From NCBI GenBank assembly GCA_037133435.1, contig JBAXOD010000001.1:30979-94978 (forward strand): a stretch of DNA of 64,000 nt, given 5' to 3'. How positions within the stretch are numbered: position 1 is the stretch's first letter; each line of letters begins with the position of its first letter. This DNA comes from Candidatus Moraniibacteriota bacterium. GTDB lineage: Bacteria > Patescibacteriota > Minisyncoccia > Moranbacterales > UBA1568. Below, one piece after another: positions 20,611-30,470 of the stretch. Made by a program: the position numbers and the translations under genes. The notes beneath the pieces were generated by a model. That model was given only the letters and a program-made list of their open reading frames with translations. It made no database searches and had not been told where the DNA came from.

Positions 20611-22734
20611 CTATTGCTGTTCCACGGGAGCGTTTTTTCCGGGCTTCGGAACGGGTTTGGAAGCGTTGACGGTCGCCATGATCTTGGCTTCCCCTTTGTC
20701 GTTTTTGAAGGTGATGACGAGCGGACCCACGGCTACGTAAGAGCCGTTTTCCTCGGAGACGGTGAGCGTCAAGGTACCGTTGGCGCCCTTTTCGTTGAAC
20801 GTGGAAGTGATGACGCCGTCGGCGTAGGTGAACGGTACCTCCTTCGGGGTGCTGTCCGATGATCCGAAGGTCATGGTGCCGCCGGTATCTCCGGACGGCT
20901 TGATGGAGAGGACCATCGGCATTTCCTTGCCGATCAACTGTGAGAGATCCATCGAGAAGTCGCAGCCCGGATCGTTTTCCGAAGACCCTCCCTCTTTCGG
21001 TTTTTCCTTCATCGTCTCGGGGACGATGACGTTGTCGATCTTCATCTTCCCGTTCGGCCAGGAGCCGGACAGGTTCGAAAGCGCCGGGAAGAGATCGATG
21101 CCGAAACGGTCCTTCAGGAAAGCAGCGTACTTTTTCCGTCCTTCCGGACCCGAGAACCACATCCGTGCGCCCTGTACGACGTCATCGACCGCCACGGCCT
21201 TGTCCATCAAGAGGCCGTTCTTGTCGGAAAGTTGGAAACGACCCGTGTCCTTCATCATCTTCTGCGCGAAGTGATAGAGTACGTCGAGCTTGTTCTCGTA
21301 GTCGAGTCCCTTGTCGAGCCCGGTCGGTCCGAGCGTCGAGTCGAAGAAGTCGGCCTTCTTGTACGCGTCGACGAGCAGTCGAAGCCGCGCGGCTTCATCC
21401 TCGAAGGCCTTCTCCTTCTCTGCACGGAGCGTAAACTGTTTTCGGTATGATTCCTTGACACTGTCCCGGATCGCGTCGGCCTGACGGTCGGAGAGCGGCG
21501 TTAAGCCGGCCTCGGAGCGTACGGCGTTCTCCCGATTCACGGCCTCGAGTTCCAGCTGTCGACGTATGCCGCGCATCTGGTCCCAGACCGAGTTGAAGTC
21601 GCCCGGATCGACATTGTACCCGTAGAAGGTCGCGTTCGCTCCTTTCTGATAGGCGTAGTAGGCCGCTTCGACCTCGTCGTTCTTCCAACTGTCGATCTTT
21701 CCCTGTACGACCTCCACGGCGATCTTGCCGGCGGTCGTGATGAGGAATTGGTCCGCTATTTTCTCGCCGATGATCTTCGCCGCATCCTTATACTGTCCTT
21801 CCGCGGCGTATCCGGCGGCCTTGGAGACGGCCTCGACCGTATCGGTCCCTTCGGTCAGATTCTTGAGACCTTCCTGCCAGGCGGATGCCGGGACGAGTTC
21901 GGCGATCTTCGATCCCGCGAGGACCGCGATCTTCTGGCTCATGTCGGTCATGTCACCGGAGGTATACGAGTCATGGATTTCCTTGTAGGCGTCGTTCTTG
22001 AGCATCTCGGCGAGGACTTTTCCCTTCACGGATTCGTCGGAGATGCCCATCTTTTGGAGCATCAGATCGACGATCTTGCCGGAAACCTCGTCGGAAACGT
22101 TGTTGAGCCCGTCACGGATCTGACTGTCGACGGTCTGTGAATGGATCCATTTCTCGGTGATGACGGTATCGTCCTTGATCTTGGTCAGTCCGAACAGCGA
22201 GAAATGATACGTGCCGAACGTGACGAGACCCTTGTCCTTGTCTATCGAGATCGGTTTGACATATTCCCACGTCGTCCCGTCGTAGTACGCGACACGGAGT
22301 TCGGACATATCCTGGTCGACCGGAAGGGCCGATGGGTCGAAATGAAACGAGACGGTCGCCTGCTCGTTGAGACGAGACGGTTGCCCGGCCGAGATTTCTA
22401 CGGGTGCGCCTATGGTATCGATCTCACTCCCCACATATCCCGGGACGGATCCCGGCGTGACGATGGAGAGATCGCGGTCGGCATCGAATGAGCCTTTGGG
22501 AACCAAAACGGAAGCCTTGTTCGTATCAAGATCTCCCAAGACAAGATCCTTGTCCGCGCCACTCGTGCCGGATATCGGTTCGGCGATGGTCTTGTCGTAC
22601 TTCCAGGCCGTCAAATCCGCCTTTCTCACTTCTCCCGGGGAATTTACAGGTTTCGACTTGAAGAAGAAAAACCATCCGATGATCCCCGCGACGACGACCG
22701 CTCCCGCTATCCCGAAAAGTACGCGACTTTTCAT
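20611..22734 (-). CDS. Large membrane-anchored extracellular protein with a ZU5-like domain (HFS motif)
   Basis: TM anchor; V.VP.G.F...(beta-rich)...LRVAYYDGTTWE...T.HFSLFGL; then a helical region and a beta-rich C-terminus; start at ATG 22734. Confidence 0.7.
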   Translation of the reverse strand: MKSRVLFGIAGAVVVAGIIGWFFFFKSKPVNSPGEVRKADLTAWKYDKTIAEPISGTSGADKDLVLGDLDTNKASVLVPKGSFDADRDLSIVTPGSVPGYVGSEIDTIGAPVEISAGQPSRLNEQATVSFHFDPSALPVDQDMSELRVAYYDGTTWEYVKPISIDKDKGLVTFGTYHFSLFGLTKIKDDTVITEKWIHSQTVDSQIRDGLNNVSDEVSGKIVDLMLQKMGISDESVKGKVLAEMLKNDAYKEIHDSYTSGDMTDMSQKIAVLAGSKIAELVPASAWQEGLKNLTEGTDTVEAVSKAAGYAAEGQYKDAAKIIGEKIADQFLITTAGKIAVEVVQGKIDSWKNDEVEAAYYAYQKGANATFYGYNVDPGDFNSVWDQMRGIRRQLELEAVNRENAVRSEAGLTPLSDRQADAIRDSVKESYRKQFTLRAEKEKAFEDEAARLRLLVDAYKKADFFDSTLGPTGLDKGLDYENKLDVLYHFAQKMMKDTGRFQLSDKNGLLMDKAVAVDDVVQGARMWFSGPEGRKKYAAFLKDRFGIDLFPALSNLSGSWPNGKMKIDNVIVPETMKEKPKEGGSSENDPGCDFSMDLSQLIGKEMPMVLSIKPSGDTGGTMTFGSSDSTPKEVPFTYADGVITSTFNEKGANGTLTLTVSEENGSYVAVGPLVITFKNDKGEAKIMATVNASKPVPKPGKNAPVEQQ

Positions 22735-22889
22735 ATGTCGGTGATTATTCGAATAATGCTCCTTGTGGTCATTATAGGACGCTCCGTACGGAAAGCAAAG
22801 AAGAGTACTGTTGAGCGGCATCAAAATGATGATGGATATGGTAACGCCACCATGTTGCAATAACTTCCGATGCGGTTTAGTATGCCGGT

Positions 22890-23312
22890 ATGGCCATATC
22901 GGAACTGGAACAAAAAATACGTGAGCGAAATGGGCGAATGACCAGGGTCAGAAAGGCGATTTTGGAGATTTTTCGTCTGGCCAAGGATCCGATGACGGCG
23001 TCTCGCATCATGGAAACGCTTTCCAAACGTCGGATTACGGCCAACCGGACGACGATCTATCGGGAACTCGCCTTCCTGAACGAAGTCGGCATCACTCGGG
23101 AAGTGCATATCACCGGCCGGGGACGGTCTTTCGAACTGAAAGACGGGCACCGGCACCACCTGATCTGTCTTTCATGTGACACCGTGAAGTCCATCCCGTT
23201 CGATGAGCATCTCGACGACGAGGAAAAGCGATTACTCCGAGATGAGCGGTTCCGGGTGCTCGATCATTCGCTTGAGTTTTATGGGCTGTGTGAGAAGTGC
23301 GTAAAACCGTAA
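22890..23312 (+). CDS. Fur family regulator (Zur/Mur-like)
   Basis: RMT..R..IL, TTIYREL, HRHHLICLSC and C-terminal CEKC. Confidence 0.92.
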   Translation: MAISELEQKIRERNGRMTRVRKAILEIFRLAKDPMTASRIMETLSKRRITANRTTIYRELAFLNEVGITREVHITGRGRSFELKDGHRHHLICLSCDTVKSIPFDEHLDDEEKRLLRDERFRVLDHSLEFYGLCEKCVKP

Positions 23313-23321
23313 CGTTCCATT

Positions 23322-24242
23322 ATGTACGACCTGTTCCTGAACGCCCTTTTCGAAAGCGCGAAAACGATCCCATTGCTCCTGATCGTCTATATCGGTATCG
23401 AACTCGCGGAAGGTGCGTTCACGCGGAAAATCGTGGAAAAGATCGAACGGTCCGGTCCGGCCGGTCCGGCGGTCGGCGCTCTCGCCGGCATCGTCCCACA
23501 GTGCGGTTTTTCCGTTTTCGCGTCGGCCTTGTACGTGCAACGACTCGTGACCATCGGGACATTGATGGCAGTGTATCTGTCGACGTCCGACGAGGCTTTG
23601 CCGGTCATTCTTTCTCATCCGGAGCGGATCGGAATCATCGTGCCGTTCATCGCGACCAAAATAGTGATCGCGCTCATATTCGGGTACTCGCTCGATCTGG
23701 TGTATCGGAAAGACCGGAAACGGATCCTCACCCATGCCGAGGCCTATGATCACGGGCATGACGATCCCCTGCATACGCACCGCGACGTCTTGCAGGAACA
23801 CGCCTGTTGCGGTCATCATGTGGAAGAACCGAAACGGGGATTCGACGCAAAGACGATATTTTTTCATCCGTTGAATCACGCCCTGAAGATATTTTTCTAC
23901 ATCTTTCTCGTCACTTTTGCCATAAACGCGGCTTTTTTCCTGTTCGGAGACGCCGCCTTGTCGGAAATGCTCCGGCAAAGCGGCCCGTTTCAGCCGTTCG
24001 TGGCGGCGCTGTTCGGACTCATTCCGAACTGTGCGGTTTCGGTCGGTATCACCGAACTCTATCTGCGAGGTATCCTGACGTACGGTTCGACGATCGCGGG
24101 ACTCTGTGCCAGCGGGGGACTGGGCATCCTGGTGCTTTTCAAGGAAGAGAAAAACAAATGGGACGCCGTGAAAATTGTCGCCATTCTTTTCGCCTCGAGC
24201 GTCTCCGCAGGACTTTTCGTGCAGTATTTCCTGCGATGGTGA
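23322..24242 (+). CDS. Putative heavy-metal/manganese transporter (ArsP_2-like)
   Basis: PQCGFS, STSDEA and GLIPNCA motifs; His/Cys-rich loop HDDPLHTH...HACCGHH; directly downstream of Fur. Confidence 0.75.
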   Translation: MYDLFLNALFESAKTIPLLLIVYIGIELAEGAFTRKIVEKIERSGPAGPAVGALAGIVPQCGFSVFASALYVQRLVTIGTLMAVYLSTSDEALPVILSHPERIGIIVPFIATKIVIALIFGYSLDLVYRKDRKRILTHAEAYDHGHDDPLHTHRDVLQEHACCGHHVEEPKRGFDAKTIFFHPLNHALKIFFYIFLVTFAINAAFFLFGDAALSEMLRQSGPFQPFVAALFGLIPNCAVSVGITELYLRGILTYGSTIAGLCASGGLGILVLFKEEKNKWDAVKIVAILFASSVSAGLFVQYFLRW

Positions 24243-24274
24243 ATGTGATCGGTTTTTATTCCGACTTTTACAGG

Positions 24275-25000
24275 TCATCGCAGACTATTCCAATGCGACA
24301 TGAATATGCTCGTGAGTGTGGTGTGGATCTTGTTACTCTCGATGACGACGCCTGTCATCTCCTCCCAGGAGAGGATGGCAACGTGACGGGTGCCGAAGAG
24401 GAGAATATCGGATTCGATGGTCTTCCCTCCCGAAGCGTCTATCTTGGTGCGGTGGAAATCCTCGCGATCTTTCAGATGATAGCGTCTGGTTTCAGGCAGA
24501 TCGGGAATGATGACGTCGGTATAGATATGTTTCTCCTTCCGCCGCGGTCGATAGTACTCGTCGAACCACGACTCTTCCGTACGGAACGATCCGGCGGACA
24601 GCCAGCCCCGAATAGGCGTGTTTGTATACAGGAGTGTTTCCTTATAGAGATCCTTCATTCCCTCGAGACCCTCGAAATATAAAATCTTCGGTTTTCGGTC
24701 GATCAGGTTTGATATGGCGAGAAGCGAGGGAAGGATTGATTCCGCCGTCCGCTCGGCTTCCAAAGCGAGTTCCTTGAGTCGTCTCGGGTCTTCTGCGAGG
24801 TAGAGGACCTTTTTTCGGTTCTTGGTCGTCTTGATAAGACCCCGTTCCCGGAGGGACTCGATGATGCCGTAGACGGTGGTCCGCTTGAGCTTCGCTTTCT
24901 GCGAGATCCGTTGGACGGATGCCTCGCCGAGTTCGAGCGCGGCAAGATAGACCTGCGCTTCGTTGGTCGAGAACCCGAGTTTTTTCAGCTGCGGAATCAT
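24275..25000 (-). CDS. TrmB family transcriptional regulator (copy 1)
   Basis: LKKLGFS.NEA.VYLA.LELG...I....L.RTTVY wHTH; P.I.YFEG.EG effector domain. Confidence 0.88.
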   Translation of the reverse strand: MIPQLKKLGFSTNEAQVYLAALELGEASVQRISQKAKLKRTTVYGIIESLRERGLIKTTKNRKKVLYLAEDPRRLKELALEAERTAESILPSLLAISNLIDRKPKILYFEGLEGMKDLYKETLLYTNTPIRGWLSAGSFRTEESWFDEYYRPRRKEKHIYTDVIIPDLPETRRYHLKDREDFHRTKIDASGGKTIESDILLFGTRHVAILSWEEMTGVVIESNKIHTTLTSIFMSHWNSLR

Positions 25001-25207
25001 ACTGATATTCTGTCGTCAAAAGTCGACAAAATAATGATAGCATATTTATCATAAATAATCAATCTATTAAGCAAATATATTACATTCAACATATCGATTG
25101 ATTAAAAAACAAATTAAATTATACGAAATATCAGACAAAGAGAATATGATACCGGCAGTTGTTTAAAGGAATATCATATTCAAGTACGAAGCAATCGGAG
25201 GTGTGTT

Positions 25208-25939
25208 ATGACGACATTCGGTAATCAATTGGATTTTTGGGGTCATCGTGAAAATCCGAGACTGGTAGGGGATTTCATCAACCGTCCGGCGGTAATCCGC
25301 ATGATAGGCGATGTGAATGGAAAAAGTATCCTTGAGGCGGGATGCGGGAGCGGATATTTCGCGTCATTGCTGGCACGAAAAGGAGGGATCGTGTGTGGTA
25401 TCGATAAGGATACGAACATTTTGTGCGAGGCGGAACGTTCAAACGCCTTCGGAATACGGTATCAGCCGGGAAATATCGAACGGCTGCCGTATGATGATGG
25501 TTCCTTCGACGTCGTCAGCTTGACGAGCGTACTTATGTACAATGATGCGGAAGTCATGAAGGAGGCGTATGCGCAGGCATGGAAGGTGACGAAACCCGAT
25601 GGCCGGGTCGTTGTTTCCGTACCGCATCCGAACCTCTATCTTTCGGGAAGCGTGGCACGGGATGAGGAAGATTCCTGGCTGAAGCTCAAGCTCCACGGGA
25701 TATCACCGGAAGGGACCGAAGTGTTTACGCAGGAATATTTCGACATCGACGGAAACAGTACGGTTCTCGATGTCTACAGCCATACGATCGATGATTATGT
25801 GAATTGCGGGTTGCATGCCGGAATGTCGCTCCTTCGGATGGAAAGCGTGAAATTTCCGGAAGAGCTGATAAAAAAATCTATCGGATGGGGAAGATCATGT
25901 GGCTATGACGCGTATCTTCTGTTGGAGTTCGGTGCGTAG
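25208..25939 (+). CDS. Class I SAM-dependent methyltransferase
   Basis: ILEAGCGSG, GID, LPY.D.SFDVV and KPDG motifs. Confidence 0.92.
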   Translation: MTTFGNQLDFWGHRENPRLVGDFINRPAVIRMIGDVNGKSILEAGCGSGYFASLLARKGGIVCGIDKDTNILCEAERSNAFGIRYQPGNIERLPYDDGSFDVVSLTSVLMYNDAEVMKEAYAQAWKVTKPDGRVVVSVPHPNLYLSGSVARDEEDSWLKLKLHGISPEGTEVFTQEYFDIDGNSTVLDVYSHTIDDYVNCGLHAGMSLLRMESVKFPEELIKKSIGWGRSCGYDAYLLLEFGA

Positions 25940-25968
25940 GAGAGATTCTCTTGCCGTATGATGAGACT

Positions 25969-26000
25969 AAAAAAAGTCCGAACATCTTGTCCGGACTTTT
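25969..26000. terminator. Bidirectional terminator between convergent genes
   Basis: AAAAAAGTCCG...CGGACTTTT. Confidence 0.65.
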
Positions 26001-26015
26001 AAATTTGCCCCGTTC

Positions 26016-26819
26016 TTAATTCTGGAATCGGGCGCCCGGGCCGTCCAGGTGGATCGGGAGCGGACGATCGTCGTTGAATCCGTGTTCGATCTCCTCGCCT
26101 CCAAGCCGCTGCGGGGCTGCGGGAAGGATCTCTTCCGCGTCTATCCATCCCGGCGCTTCCTGTACGCCGATGACATGGACGGTCCGGCCTTTCTCTATCG
26201 TGACCGACGGTTTGACGACGGTGTCGTTCTCGATGCGGACGTCGAGCGCATCGCCATCCGGACTTTCAAGAAGGAAACCCGAATCCACCACTTCGGATAT
26301 CGTTCCGGTCGCGAATCCGTCTTCGGGATGTCTCCAGAATTCTTCCCGTGGACGGATGATTTCCGCGTACGGGGGAAGGGCGTTTCTAAGCGCGGTATCC
26401 GAACGTTCACCGATCCGGAGCAGATGAAGGGCGGTTCCGATCATGACGACGACACCAAGCGTCGAGAGGGCTACGAACAGCGTCCGATGGCGGTACCCGT
26501 GACCGGTTTCGTGATACTCCCTGACCGCAAGCGCCACGAATATAAGGAGAAATCCTATCCACAGGAAGGGAAGCGAGCGGAAAACAGCCGGAGAAAAAAG
26601 CCGTTTCGGCGTGAAGTGAAGTATTTCCTGATCTATGGAAAAGATCGAAAACATGATAAGCGAAAGGGAAATCCCGGCAAGGATGCCGGCGAAGACGATA
26701 CCCGTCCAGACGAGCGTCTTGCGCGCCGTGAATTTCCACGAAGCTTCCGGGCGGATGCCTTCCTGTTTTATTTTTCCGAGTATCTTGTCCGAAACGGAAT
26801 CCGGCTGACGGTTGTCCAT
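26016..26819 (-). CDS. Membrane protein, probable anti-sigma partner with a C-terminal OB-like domain
   Basis: Three TM segments then a G.I..V.....L.......V.....T.V beta domain; directly downstream of the ECF sigma. Confidence 0.6.
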   Translation of the reverse strand: MDNRQPDSVSDKILGKIKQEGIRPEASWKFTARKTLVWTGIVFAGILAGISLSLIMFSIFSIDQEILHFTPKRLFSPAVFRSLPFLWIGFLLIFVALAVREYHETGHGYRHRTLFVALSTLGVVVMIGTALHLLRIGERSDTALRNALPPYAEIIRPREEFWRHPEDGFATGTISEVVDSGFLLESPDGDALDVRIENDTVVKPSVTIEKGRTVHVIGVQEAPGWIDAEEILPAAPQRLGGEEIEHGFNDDRPLPIHLDGPGARFQN

Positions 26820-26829
26820 AGTGTTGCGG

Positions 26830-27462
26830 TTAGTGGCCGATTCCGGCCTTCTTGAGCCTGTCATTGAGTATCTTTTTACCCCGGCTGATCAATGTCGCCA
26901 CGGTTCCCTTGGGAAGATGGAGGATATCCATGATCTCCTCGTATGATTTTTCCTCGAGAAACCGCAATATCAGGGCTTCCCGATACGTTTCCGGCAGGGA
27001 CCGGACCGCTTCGTCGATGATCGCAAGTTCGTTTTTCTGTGCCGTCTCGTTCTCGATGTCCGTCGTGGCACGCAGGATGTGCGTGAGGTCATGCTCGTCT
27101 ATGGAGACGACCGTTCTCAGTTTCCGTTTTCGCGCGGTGTCGATCGTCTGATTATGTACGATCCGATACATCCAGCTCGAGAATTTCGAATCATGATCGA
27201 AGTCGTTCAGATTCCGGTACGCCTTGATGAACGATTCCTGCAGGATATCCTCGGCATCGTCTTGGTCGAACGAGGAGATGCGATGGATGTAGCGCAGAAG
27301 CGGGGACTCGTATCGTTCCATGAGTACCCCGAAAAAATCGGCGTTTTGTTTCGCGAGCTCTATGACCTCGATGTCGGTTTGCTCGTGGTTTCCAGGTCCG
27401 TTCATGTCCGTTGTATGTTTCTCGGAAAGAGCCTGGTTCATATGAGCGTCTGTCGCATTCAT
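26830..27462 (-). CDS. ECF RNA polymerase sigma factor
   Basis: DAEDILQESFIKAY, FSSWMYRI..N, LPE.YRE...LR...SYEEI......GTV...ISR. Confidence 0.93.
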   Translation of the reverse strand: MNATDAHMNQALSEKHTTDMNGPGNHEQTDIEVIELAKQNADFFGVLMERYESPLLRYIHRISSFDQDDAEDILQESFIKAYRNLNDFDHDSKFSSWMYRIVHNQTIDTARKRKLRTVVSIDEHDLTHILRATTDIENETAQKNELAIIDEAVRSLPETYREALILRFLEEKSYEEIMDILHLPKGTVATLISRGKKILNDRLKKAGIGH

Positions 27463-27496
27463 ACGTGATTCTTTCGGAAATGTTTTCAACAAGCCC

Positions 27497-29020
27497 CTAT
27501 CCGCGGGAAAAAAGGTTCTTTCCGGTCATCGTATCCGGGATCGGGAGACCGAGCAGGGTAAGAATGGTCGGGGCGATATCCGAAAGCCCGCCGCCGTTTA
27601 CGGTTCCGTGCGCGGTCACGATGAAGGGAACGGGGTTCGTCGTATGGGCCGTGTGCGTCGCCTTGGTGATCGGATCGACATTGAGTTCGGCGTTCCCATG
27701 GTCGGCGGTGACGATGGCGATCCCTCCCGCTTCCGAGATTTTCGTGACGACGCGTCTCAGTTCCGAGTCGAGACATTCTATCGCCTCGATGATCTTCGGG
27801 ACGTTCCCGGTGTGTCCTACCATGTCAGCGTTCGCGAAATTCATGAACAGGAAATCCGTGCCGCGATCGATCGTCTCGATCGCCTTGTCGGCGACTTCGT
27901 GCGCGCGCATCTTTGGCGCCTCGTCGTGCGTTCGGACATCTTTTCGGCTTTCGACGAGTATGTCCTCTTCTCCGTCCTCGGGGAGTTCGCGCCCGCCGTT
28001 CAAGAAATACGTCGAGTGGGCGTATTTCTCGGTCTCGGCGACATGGGTCTGACAAAGACCCGCCTTCGCGATCTCGCGGCCGAGGGTCGTTTCGGGAAGT
28101 GCCGGCGGGAAGGCGACGATGGCGGGGAGGGTCTCGTCGTATTGCGTGAGGGTGACGAAACAGAGGTTTCTTTCCCGGGCGTGTTCGACGATCCGGGCGG
28201 AAAGCTGCCGTGATCGGTCGGAGCGGAAATTGAAGAACAGGACGCCATCGTTCTCTCGGATCGGATAAGACTCTCCGTTCTCATCGAGAAAAACGACCGG
28301 TTCGAGATGCTCGTCGAGCACCCCTTCCGAATAGAGTTCCGAAAGGAGCTCCGAGGGTCGGCGATCCCGGACGATCCGTGCCGCGTCGCCGTGAAAGATG
28401 GCCCGCTCGGCTTTCTCTATCCTGTCCCAGTTCTTGTCGCGATCCATGGCGTAGAAGCGTCCCGAGGCGGTGGCGATGAAACCGATGCCGAGATCGTCGA
28501 TGACCTCCTCGAGACCACGGAGATATTCCGATGCGGTTTGTGGTCCGGTATCGCGACCGTCGGTGAAGGCATGGATCGCGACTTTCGTGATTCCGGCGGC
28601 TTTCGCGGCTTCGAGGAATGCCGAAAGATGATCGATGTGACTATGAATCCCTCCGTCCGAGAGGAGACCTTTTACATGGAGAACGGAATCGTGTTTCAGG
28701 ACGTGTGAAAACAGGGTCCCGAACGCCTTGTTTTGAAGGAATTCATTTCCGGCCGCAGCTTTGGAGATGCGTACCAGGTCCGTATCCATGATGGCACCGG
28801 CACCGATGGTGATGTGACCGACTTCGCTGTTGCCCATCTGTCCGTCCGGCAATCCGACGCCTCCTTCGCTTGCCTCAAGCAGGGAATGCGGGAATTCGGC
28901 GAGAAGCGAATCGAAAAAAGGCGTATCCGCGGCCGCGATGGCGTTGTCTTTTGTTTCTTCACGATAGCCCCATCCATCGAGGATAATGAGGGCGATAGGA
29001 TGTTTTTGGTTCGTATCCAT
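27497..29020 (-). CDS. gpmI: 2,3-bisphosphoglycerate-independent phosphoglycerate mutase
   Basis: LIILDGWG, QMGNSEVGH, DGRD, NFRSDR, ETEKYAH, DMVGHTG and TADHGN. Confidence 0.97.
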   Translation of the reverse strand: MDTNQKHPIALIILDGWGYREETKDNAIAAADTPFFDSLLAEFPHSLLEASEGGVGLPDGQMGNSEVGHITIGAGAIMDTDLVRISKAAAGNEFLQNKAFGTLFSHVLKHDSVLHVKGLLSDGGIHSHIDHLSAFLEAAKAAGITKVAIHAFTDGRDTGPQTASEYLRGLEEVIDDLGIGFIATASGRFYAMDRDKNWDRIEKAERAIFHGDAARIVRDRRPSELLSELYSEGVLDEHLEPVVFLDENGESYPIRENDGVLFFNFRSDRSRQLSARIVEHARERNLCFVTLTQYDETLPAIVAFPPALPETTLGREIAKAGLCQTHVAETEKYAHSTYFLNGGRELPEDGEEDILVESRKDVRTHDEAPKMRAHEVADKAIETIDRGTDFLFMNFANADMVGHTGNVPKIIEAIECLDSELRRVVTKISEAGGIAIVTADHGNAELNVDPITKATHTAHTTNPVPFIVTAHGTVNGGGLSDIAPTILTLLGLPIPDTMTGKNLFSRG

Positions 29021-29094
29021 AAAAGAATTGCGCATAAGACCGGACTTCACTGTACACCTCATGGCGTCGTCGGACAAGTATCGAAAGCGTGAAA

Positions 29095-30156
29095 TTACCG
29101 GTGAACGACGCCGAGAAACCCGTTGAGAGACATCTGTGAAAACGGTGTCGTGACGAGATATCGCACGTAGGCATCGCGGGGTGATTCCGTCTTGATCGGA
29201 CAGGCGGCCTCGTAGGCCGCGATATCCGCCTCTGTCAGTGTCGGGTGGTTCAGATCCTGACCGCCCATCATGGGGTACATGACCGAGCTCTGGTCTTCCG
29301 CCACGTGTTCCTCTATACCGAGTGCGTGTCCGAATTCGTGCGCCAGGACAAGGCGGAGATCGTCGGCGTTTTCGAACTGATAGACGGTGATGGAACGCAG
29401 CGGGGATTCGTAGAGTCCCTCGACGAACGGTTGCGGTTCCCCGTACATGGAGCGAAAATCGGCCAGGTTCTTTTTTACCGAGTCCGTTTTCTGGTTAAGC
29501 GTTCCCGTGGTCGCGTTTATCTTGTTCGCGGTCGCGGAGAGTCGTTCCGATTCCTTGCTGATGGCGGACTGTTCCCCTTGGAGCGAGTTCTGTCTTTTTT
29601 CGAACGAGGCGATCTTATCCGGTGTGGCGCCGCCCGCGGCGTTCGCCTTGCGTACGTCTTCGTTGTATGAGGCGAGATCTTTCTCATACGTCCGTATCCG
29701 AAGATCCAGGGCGCCCTTGTCGCGCTCGAAACCGGCCCTCAGCCCGTCATAGGCGCCCTTAAGCGCGGTTGCCGTCTCATTGTACCGTTCGATGCTTTCG
29801 TCGAGCGACTGCTTGTCATAGGTCATTTTCTGGCGATCGTCGAATACGGTCGTCACTACGAACGACGCGGTCGGGTCGTACACGAAAAGGTCCTTTCGCA
29901 AAGGACGTTCCCAGACGGATTCCGCCTCCATCGCCGTACGAAGGAAAGCCTTTCGATCGAGAGGAAACCGACTGTCTACCGCGCCGAGCTTCCAATAGAT
30001 CGGGGTATCGCAACCCGGTCGGCTTTCGGGAAGATGAAAAATATTCGACGAAACGGATAATGCCGTTCCGACGGAAAAAAATCCGAGGGCGAACAGGAAA
30101 AAAAGTCTCCGGATCTGTTGTATCGGTTGTGGTCGCATAGTGATACTGTATGACAT
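29095..30156 (-). CDS. Matrixin-like zinc metalloprotease with a coiled-coil insertion
   Basis: HEFGHALGIEEH plus SVMYP Met-turn; signal/TM segment; long coiled coil. Confidence 0.85.
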   Translation of the reverse strand: MSYSITMRPQPIQQIRRLFFLFALGFFSVGTALSVSSNIFHLPESRPGCDTPIYWKLGAVDSRFPLDRKAFLRTAMEAESVWERPLRKDLFVYDPTASFVVTTVFDDRQKMTYDKQSLDESIERYNETATALKGAYDGLRAGFERDKGALDLRIRTYEKDLASYNEDVRKANAAGGATPDKIASFEKRQNSLQGEQSAISKESERLSATANKINATTGTLNQKTDSVKKNLADFRSMYGEPQPFVEGLYESPLRSITVYQFENADDLRLVLAHEFGHALGIEEHVAEDQSSVMYPMMGGQDLNHPTLTEADIAAYEAACPIKTESPRDAYVRYLVTTPFSQMSLNGFLGVVHR

Positions 30157-30347
30157 CGGCACCGTTCTTTCAAGTGAGTGCGCGACCTATGACGATGCAA
30201 TGATCGTGTTCTCTTTTTCGGCTTGGTAATGTTCGCATCCGAATTTTTTTTGGACCGATGTTCACGTGATTTGAAAGGTGGATGAACGATGCGGGTGTCA
30301 TCGGAAATCCGGAGCGGAATTTCACGTATGGACTTGGTGTCGTTCCC

Positions 30348-30376
30348 TTGCCATTTCGATCATGGCATGCTATACT
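30348..30376 (+). promoter_or_regulatory. Sigma70-type promoter (extended -10)
   Basis: TTGCCA-17 bp-TATACT with a TG extension. Confidence 0.65.
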
Positions 30377-30470
30377 GTAGGTAGCTGAATAGAGATTACA
30401 AGACCGGGTGTCCCGGTCTTTTTATATGGAAATTCGAGAAAAGAAGCTTGTTAAAAGCAAAAATAGGAAT

